64,000 nt of DNA, taken from NCBI GenBank assembly GCA_964016885.1, contig OZ024740.1, forward strand, positions 140,058,001 through 140,122,000. Direction: 5' to 3'. Positions 57,704 to 64,000 of the stretch are shown here, piece by piece. Position 1 is the first letter of the stretch. Each line of letters begins with the position of its first letter. Under the pieces are notes generated by a model, which searched no databases, was not told the DNA's origin, and was given only the letters and a program-made list of their open reading frames with translations. The position numbers were made by a program, and so were the translations under genes. Source of the DNA: Eledone cirrhosa. Its lineage: Eukaryota.

Positions 57704-57842
<139 letters not shown>

Positions 57843-58046
57843 CACGCGCACAAGTATGGTTCTTTTTTCCAGTTCAGATAGATGCGCTCCATCATCCACT
57901 TTGCTAAAAAAAACAAATCATACACAAAACGCCAGCATCAACAGTTTTCCAAGAGATGTCAACAATGAATGGACCTGTTATTTTTATCTAAAGATATTTT
58001 TTCAAATTCCAGCCCGTCCCTTCAATCTATATTATTTCTCATTATT

Positions 58047-58082
58047 TCTTCTTATGAAGGACTAGCGTCCGAAACGTTAAGA
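58047..58082 (+). ncRNA. Minimal hammerhead motif with a core substitution
   Basis: TCTT-CTTATGA-A-GGAC(TAGC)GTCC-GAAA-CG-TT-AAGA, with CUUAUGA in place of CUGAUGA. A more decayed sibling lies at about 56245-56282 (GTCCGAAATGTTAAGAC). Confidence 0.55.
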
Positions 58083-58168
58083 CCCTCTTCCTGCTATTTC
58101 AAGCGTTAATTTAATATATTCCTTCCATATACTGTACCGATTGTGTTGTTATTTCTGTTTACCTGTTT

Positions 58169-58243
<75 letters not shown>

Positions 58244-59289
58244 AATGAGTTATTTGGTTTGTTGATTATTCAACAAAGTTAATTTTACAACAGATTAGAA
58301 GCACTCAACAGTATTTATCCGGCGTAACTCTGGCCTATATTACCCGTTCCATAAGATTAATGAAAACCTAAACTACGTTAGCTTCTACTCTAACCACCCA
58401 GGAAATGTTAAAAAAGTTATAGTTAATAGTGTCCAGCAAAGAATATCTAGACTCTCAGCTAATAAAAATATAACAAAGCAGAATATTACAATGACGCCCT
58501 ACACAGAGCTGGATACAATAATAAAATTAACTACATAGATAAGAATAGTATAAACCAACCTCCTAAAGTTTATTATAATATTAATAATAAACAAATAATA
58601 AATCAAATAATAAATCAAATAAAAAAGCCAGAACTAGAAATATAATTTGGTATTCTCTTCTAATTTCATAAGGAATTAGCACCTTTAGCACACCAATTCT
58701 TTAAGGCTCTAGATAAATGTTTTCCTAACTCCCATAAGTATGACTCCATTTTTAACAGACATAGAGTCAAGCTCTCTTACTCTACTACTATGAATATAGC
58801 CCAAAATATTGCTAGAATTAATAATAGGAATTTAAAATTAAATTCAACCCAAGTAAACTCAAATAACAATAATAATATAATTAATAACATTACGTATAAT
58901 AATAATAATAGCGAATGCATAAATAATAATACGGTATCTCTAAATAACAATACAATAAAATGTAATTGCAGAAATAACATGTTATGCCCTTTACAGAATA
59001 ATTGCCTTGATAGAAATTTAGTATACAAATGCACCATAAAAACTAGAGATAGTTTATATAATTATATAGGAGCTAGTTCTTCAAAATTTAAGGACAAAAA
59101 TTTCGGACAAAAAATTCTCAACCTCACTATCACAATTAATTTGGTCTTTAAAAGACAATAATTCTGACTATTTAATCTCCTGGAGAAAAATATCGAATGC
59201 GCCAGTTTACCAAAATGTGGCACTGTCAAAAGGTTGTCATCTCTGTATTGAAGAAATCTTTCATATAATTACCAATTCTGGTAATATTA

Positions 59290-59473
59290 TTGGCAGTATC
59301 GGTAGATGGTCTGACGCCATGCTTTGCAGCAAAGAGTTACGGCTCTTTATGGTCTGAGTTCAAATCCCACCGAGGTTAACTTTGCCTTTCATCCTTACGG
59401 GGTTGATAAAATAAAGTACCAGTAATACACTGCAATAATTGCTGGCCTTGTGCCAGAAGTAGAAACAATTATT
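59290..59473 (+). mobile_element. Family-1 SINE inserted in the Penelope-like ORF
   Basis: Consensus match; it interrupts the endonuclease C-terminus at an ATTAT site. Confidence 0.85.
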
Positions 59474-60170
59474 AACAAAAAAAAAGGAAATATTTAATTC
59501 TTGTTTGCATCGATTCTCCAGAACATTTCACAATATTTATAATTTATAGAAACTACTACACTATGGTCTATATAAGTTGCCAATGTACAATATATATTTT
59601 TGGTTGTCTTTAAATGTTCTTAAATTTAAACATTAAAATATTTATTATTATCAAATTTATAACTGTACTCATGATAATATTAAAATATATGCGGAAAAAT
59701 ATATCCACTCGTATATCTAAATACAGGGTATCTTTCACATATTATATTGTTGTAATTGCTTTAATAAATTAATAGTTCACAATTTAATACAATACATTAT
59801 AATTCTCATCTAAATATTATAAATACGTCCATATTCTTAAAATATATTAAAAATTAAATAAATATAATTATATCATTCTTTCTAAACCCATGTATATATG
59901 TTTGGGTGTATATATGCATATTTCTATAATTAATTCTAAAATAACTCTACAATAATAATTTTTCAAATTTAATAGTAAACCCTTTAAAAAAAAATTAAAT
60001 AAATATTTAAAATCTATCTAGCATCTAAACTTAACGGTTCTTTTCAGTTTTAACGTTATCCTCATTAGCATATTTCCCCTAAGTTTTGAAAAATGTTATT
60101 CACTATCCTCACAGAACTTATAACATGAAGTTCACATGGAGATATGTCACTATCTTTACACCAATTATTA

Positions 60171-60231
60171 TATTTTATCTGACGAAAGCGTACTTAAAGG
60201 TTAGTACCCTTGAAATACGTATAATAGAATA
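60171..60231 (+). ncRNA. Minimal type-I hammerhead ribozyme motif, best preserved copy
   Basis: TATTTTAT-CTGACGA-AAGCGTACT(TAAAGGTT)AGTACCCTT-GAAA-TACGTA-TA-ATAGAATA: 8 bp stem I, 8/9 bp stem II, palindromic stem III, AUA cleavage triplet. Confidence 0.85.
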
Positions 60232-60266
60232 ATATGGTTTTATAAAGATATTTTCAATTTATTATT

Positions 60267-60457
60267 GGGTGGTGGATTGGCAATATCGGTAGAGGGTCGG
60301 ACGTCATGCTTTCCAGCATAGTTACGTCCCTTTACGATCTGAGTTCAAATCCCGCCGAGGTTGACTTTGCCTTTCATCCTTACGGGGTCAATAAAATAAA
60401 GTACCAGTAATGCACTGGGTAATTGCTGGCCTTGTGCCTAAAGTAGAAACAATTATT
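60267..60457 (+). mobile_element. Young SINE, family 1, full length
   Basis: Near-identical to 6936-7121. Confidence 0.88.
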
Positions 60458-60458
60458 G

Positions 60459-60542
<84 letters not shown>

Positions 60543-60703
60543 ATATATATATACACATACACACACAGTTATATATAAATAATAATAATAATAATAATAT
60601 TGATTTCATAATAATAATAATAATCATAATAATAATAATAATAATGGAAAAAATGAAACGAAATTTCATTTCCCACTCTTAGTACGGCTGTTACTTAAAT
60701 ATA

Positions 60704-60994
60704 AGTATGTACACGTACATACATATATGTATACAGACGTACAGTAGTATGGATATATATACATACATCCACACATATATATATGTACGTATGGATTCAC
60801 CGAACATTTATTATAATGCTCGGTGTGTTTGTAAACAAACATCCCGAATTAAGCCGTACAGTGTCTAGCAACGATCGTTGCTCGTTTGTTCAACACTGAC
60901 AAAGGAACGCTGTACTAGTTTCAAGCTTATTAGCTATCGTCAGCATTATAATAAATGTTCGGTGAATCCATACGTACATATATATGTGTGCATG

Positions 60995-61034
<40 letters not shown>

Positions 61035-61078
61035 CTACTGTACGTCTGTATACATATATGTATGTACGTGTACATACT
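60704..61078. repeat. Inverted repeat: arms 60704-60820 and 60942-61078
   Basis: Reverse-complement arms differing mainly in internal (TA)n length. Confidence 0.9.
60906..60947 (-). ncRNA. Hammerhead-like motif with a weak or shifted stem I
   Basis: Minus strand: AATG-CTGACGA-T-AGCT(AATA)AGCT-T-GAAA-CTAG-TA-CAGCGTT, with palindromic ACTAGT stem III. Confidence 0.6.
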
Positions 61079-61199
61079 AATAATAATTATTATATATATA
61101 TATATATATATATATAGTAATAATAATAAATTTGAAGACTAAAATCCAAAGAGGGCTCGATAAGGATAAATATATATCAAATATATAAGAACCGTAGAG

Positions 61200-61809
61200 C
61201 AAATATTTATTAAATAACAGATTAAAGTCTAAGCAAAGAATTGCTGCTTTCACCCTTAACGGGGTCTTCTGAAACTAACAAAGTCAATCTGTGAACGCAG
61301 AAGTGAATATTTCAAAAAACATTGCAACCGGAGGAAGACAGCAAGACGATACTTTGGTTCGTGGAAACATTCCCTGGCAAGGAATGGGAAAAAACGAATA
61401 TAATACGTCATTATTTGGAGCGGTGAAAAACAATTACACGCAAAGACAAAACCACGTTTATGGTATAAAAGAAGTCGTAGACTAATATTCTATTAGGTGG
61501 TTCATAGAGACGTTCTCTGGCAATGAACGGAAAAAACGAAGATAATACGTCATATATGGAGCGGGGAGAACAATTGCACGCAAAGACAAAACCAAGTAAA
61601 AGGTATAACTGAAGTTGTAGACTAAAATTTTAACTAGGAAACCAAATGATTCTCGGCTTCAGAGTTAAGAATAAAGTAAATAAAATACAGAGTTAAATGA
61701 AATTAAATAAATACATACACGCATCCATATACGTACAATCACAAGCATACGCGAAAACACCGCCATAGGTATACAAATACACGCACGTACACAAAAAAAA
61801 ATATATAAA

Positions 61810-61849
<40 letters not shown>

Positions 61850-62062
61850 CCGCACGCACATACAGAACCCACGCACCGCCTGTACCTGCACGCATACGAC
61901 TGTATACACCAAATACGCATAAAAATATATATAAAAAATATATATATGTCAAGGGTGGTGCCCCAGCATGGCCTCAGCCGGATGGCTGAAACAGGTAAAA
62001 GAGAATATAAGGGTGAAAGCAGCGATTCTTTGCTTAAACTTTAATCTGTTATTTAATAAATA

Positions 62063-62067
<5 letters not shown>
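61200..62067. repeat. Inverted repeat (61200-61258 and 62008-62067) enclosing a direct repeat of about 130 bp
   Basis: About 58 bp arms. Internal direct repeat at about 61365-61487 and 61508-61626. SINE-tail-like GGGTGGTGCCCCAGCATGGCC at 61953. Confidence 0.8.
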
Positions 62068-62123
<56 letters not shown>

Positions 62124-62130
<7 letters not shown>

Positions 62131-62510
62131 TAAACGGAATAGAAAATGCTGACAAATTGTTCACAGTTGAAAAATGGTTTAATTAGGAATAAAAGAGTAT
62201 TAATAATTGTATGGGTTAGTATTCAGTTGTGGTTTTAAGTTTTTTAAGTTTTTACCGGTTGCGCATTTCTAAATGTTTTTCAAAAATAATTTTGAGATAG
62301 AGTGTCCGTGGTCAGAGCAAACAACACGGACACTCTATCTCAAAATTATTTTTGAAAAGCATTTAGAAATGCGCAACCGGTAAAAACTTAAAAACTTAAA
62401 ACCACAACTGAATACTAACCCATACAATTGCTAATACTCTTTTATTCCTAATTAAACCATTTTTCAACTGTGAACAATTTGTCAGTATTTTCTATTCCGT
62501 TTACCAATAT
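62124..62510. repeat. Near-perfect palindrome, about 187 bp arms with a 14 nt loop
   Basis: 62124-62310 vs 62325-62510, loop GTCAGAGCAAACAA. (TA)n on both sides. Confidence 0.95.
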
Positions 62511-62542
62511 ATAATAACTTGTGTGTTACACCTCTATTCTTT

Positions 62543-62574
<32 letters not shown>

Positions 62575-63002
62575 CTGTCTATATACATGGACATATATGT
62601 ATAGAGAAGGTACGTGTTGTTGTTGTTTCGGTGTTCCGGTGTTCGGGTGTTCTTCCTATGATCACAAGATTGTGAGGTCGAGCATTGCGTCTTTGAAAGA
62701 GTCGCTTTGTTTCCCGCTGCGGTAGTACATACAGCTAGCAGATACGAGTTGTACCTGTAATTCTAAGGGTTAGTACTACCACACTTCTACGGAGCTAGAA
62801 CTGTTTCTGACTAACAAGTAGTGATTATGATAGATCAGGGATTTCGGGACGATAAATAGGTAGTGACATAACTACTACCTGCTAGTCGATATATCGATCT
62901 ACCATTATCAATTAACCCTCTGAAACGATCATAAAGCAATGAACTAATTAAGAACCTATCTTCAATATTTATTTTATTATTATTGTTCAATACACACACA
63001 CG

Positions 63003-63111
<109 letters not shown>

Positions 63112-64000
63112 GTGTGTGGGTGCGTGTGTATTTATATATTCAATACTTTTAAAAAGTTGAGGATATGAACTTATTATTTATTCCTTCAGTTTCAATATGG
63201 ACATTATGTCACATTCATTCGCAGAACAACTGGAAATTATCAATTAACAATTATCTCCATCACTAACTGTATAATCTTCAGGAAAACTTACATAGAATAA
63301 ATCAAATTCAAAATAGGTTTAACCTCACAAGGTTTTAAGATTCAAATAAAACAATATCAAAAGGCATTTAACGTAAAAGCAACTAATTTAGACTCAAATG
63401 CATGTTATGCAGAAGGAATTTTTTTTAAAGTCATGCAAGACTATGTGTTTACTTTGTGATACTAATGTCATTAGATTGCAGTGAATGAGCTAATGTATGG
63501 CTTATTTATCTAGAATTTACATAGATAGGATGATTTTTGTTAATTCAGTTCTAAGAAGATTACGTAGAAAGCACATGACAGGAACATATAGTTATTTATA
63601 CTGTGTAATGAAGAAGATATATTTTAAAAATCAATAAAAGATATCGCATATATATAGAAATATAGATTCGTAGCTCTTATAGATAATTACCGTATTTTCT
63701 AGTTCTAAAAATTAAAATAAAATATTTTATTCTTCCTATAAGGTTTGGCATTGTATTTATTGTTCAAAACTTTATCTTCTTTACTATTCAGTTATATAGA
63801 ATTTGACCGGTGTTTTTCTGTTTATGCCCCTTGTCAAATATTGTCATTATTTACTATGTATGTTTTGTTTCTATAATGTGTTCTGATATTGTTTTCTAAT
63901 TATTTCTTTAAAATTTTTTTTTCCTTTTAAAAAAAAAAAATCATTTCTGTTTCCTATTAAGAAGTATTGAATGTGAATCTATTTATTTGAATATATATAT

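Larger units (their letters stand above)
58345..60260 (+). mobile_element. 5'-truncated Penelope-like element (Neptune-like): RT thumb, Cys linker, GIY-YIG endonuclease, AT-rich 3' region with hammerhead
   Basis: YVSFYSNHPGNVKK..V..RISRLS, YNDAL..AGY, RTRNIIWY, CFP..H....IFNR..VKLSYST, CNCR....CPL...C, LVYKC...YIGASS (GIY-YIG), CHLC.EE, NKKKEIFNSCLH. Frameshifted and interrupted by a SINE. Confidence 0.85.

Overview
AT-rich, microsatellite-saturated animal genomic DNA. The SINE families look like octopus/cephalopod SINEs; this is recalled, not searched. I can support one protein-coding gene, a minus-strand rolling stone (Rost)-like membrane protein. The ORF track misses its real structure: a 28-codon first coding exon at 19053-19136 splices across a 13.3 kb GT-AG intron to a large exon at 4278-5723, giving about 509 aa with a long Pro/His-rich loop. 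The rest is repeat: a non-autonomous Helitron, RTE-type LINEs (one with a twin-priming-like inversion), an L1/Tx1-like LINE, an RLE-type LINE 3' end, a mariner fossil, hAT/Tc1/pogo-like MITEs, three SINE families, a 3.7 kb hierarchical satellite and a Penelope-like (GIY-YIG) element. The most striking unexplained signal is a set of about ten minimal type-I hammerhead ribozyme motifs (intact, degenerate or half), plus about nine long fold-back inverted repeats. Most of these abut (TA)n tracts, and several inverted arms start at the ribozyme core. This suggests (TA)n-targeting, hammerhead-bearing Penelope/retrozyme-like non-autonomous elements that insert as palindromes. Nearly all other ORFs in the track are microsatellite artefacts. 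Coordinates were read by eye and may be off by a few bases.
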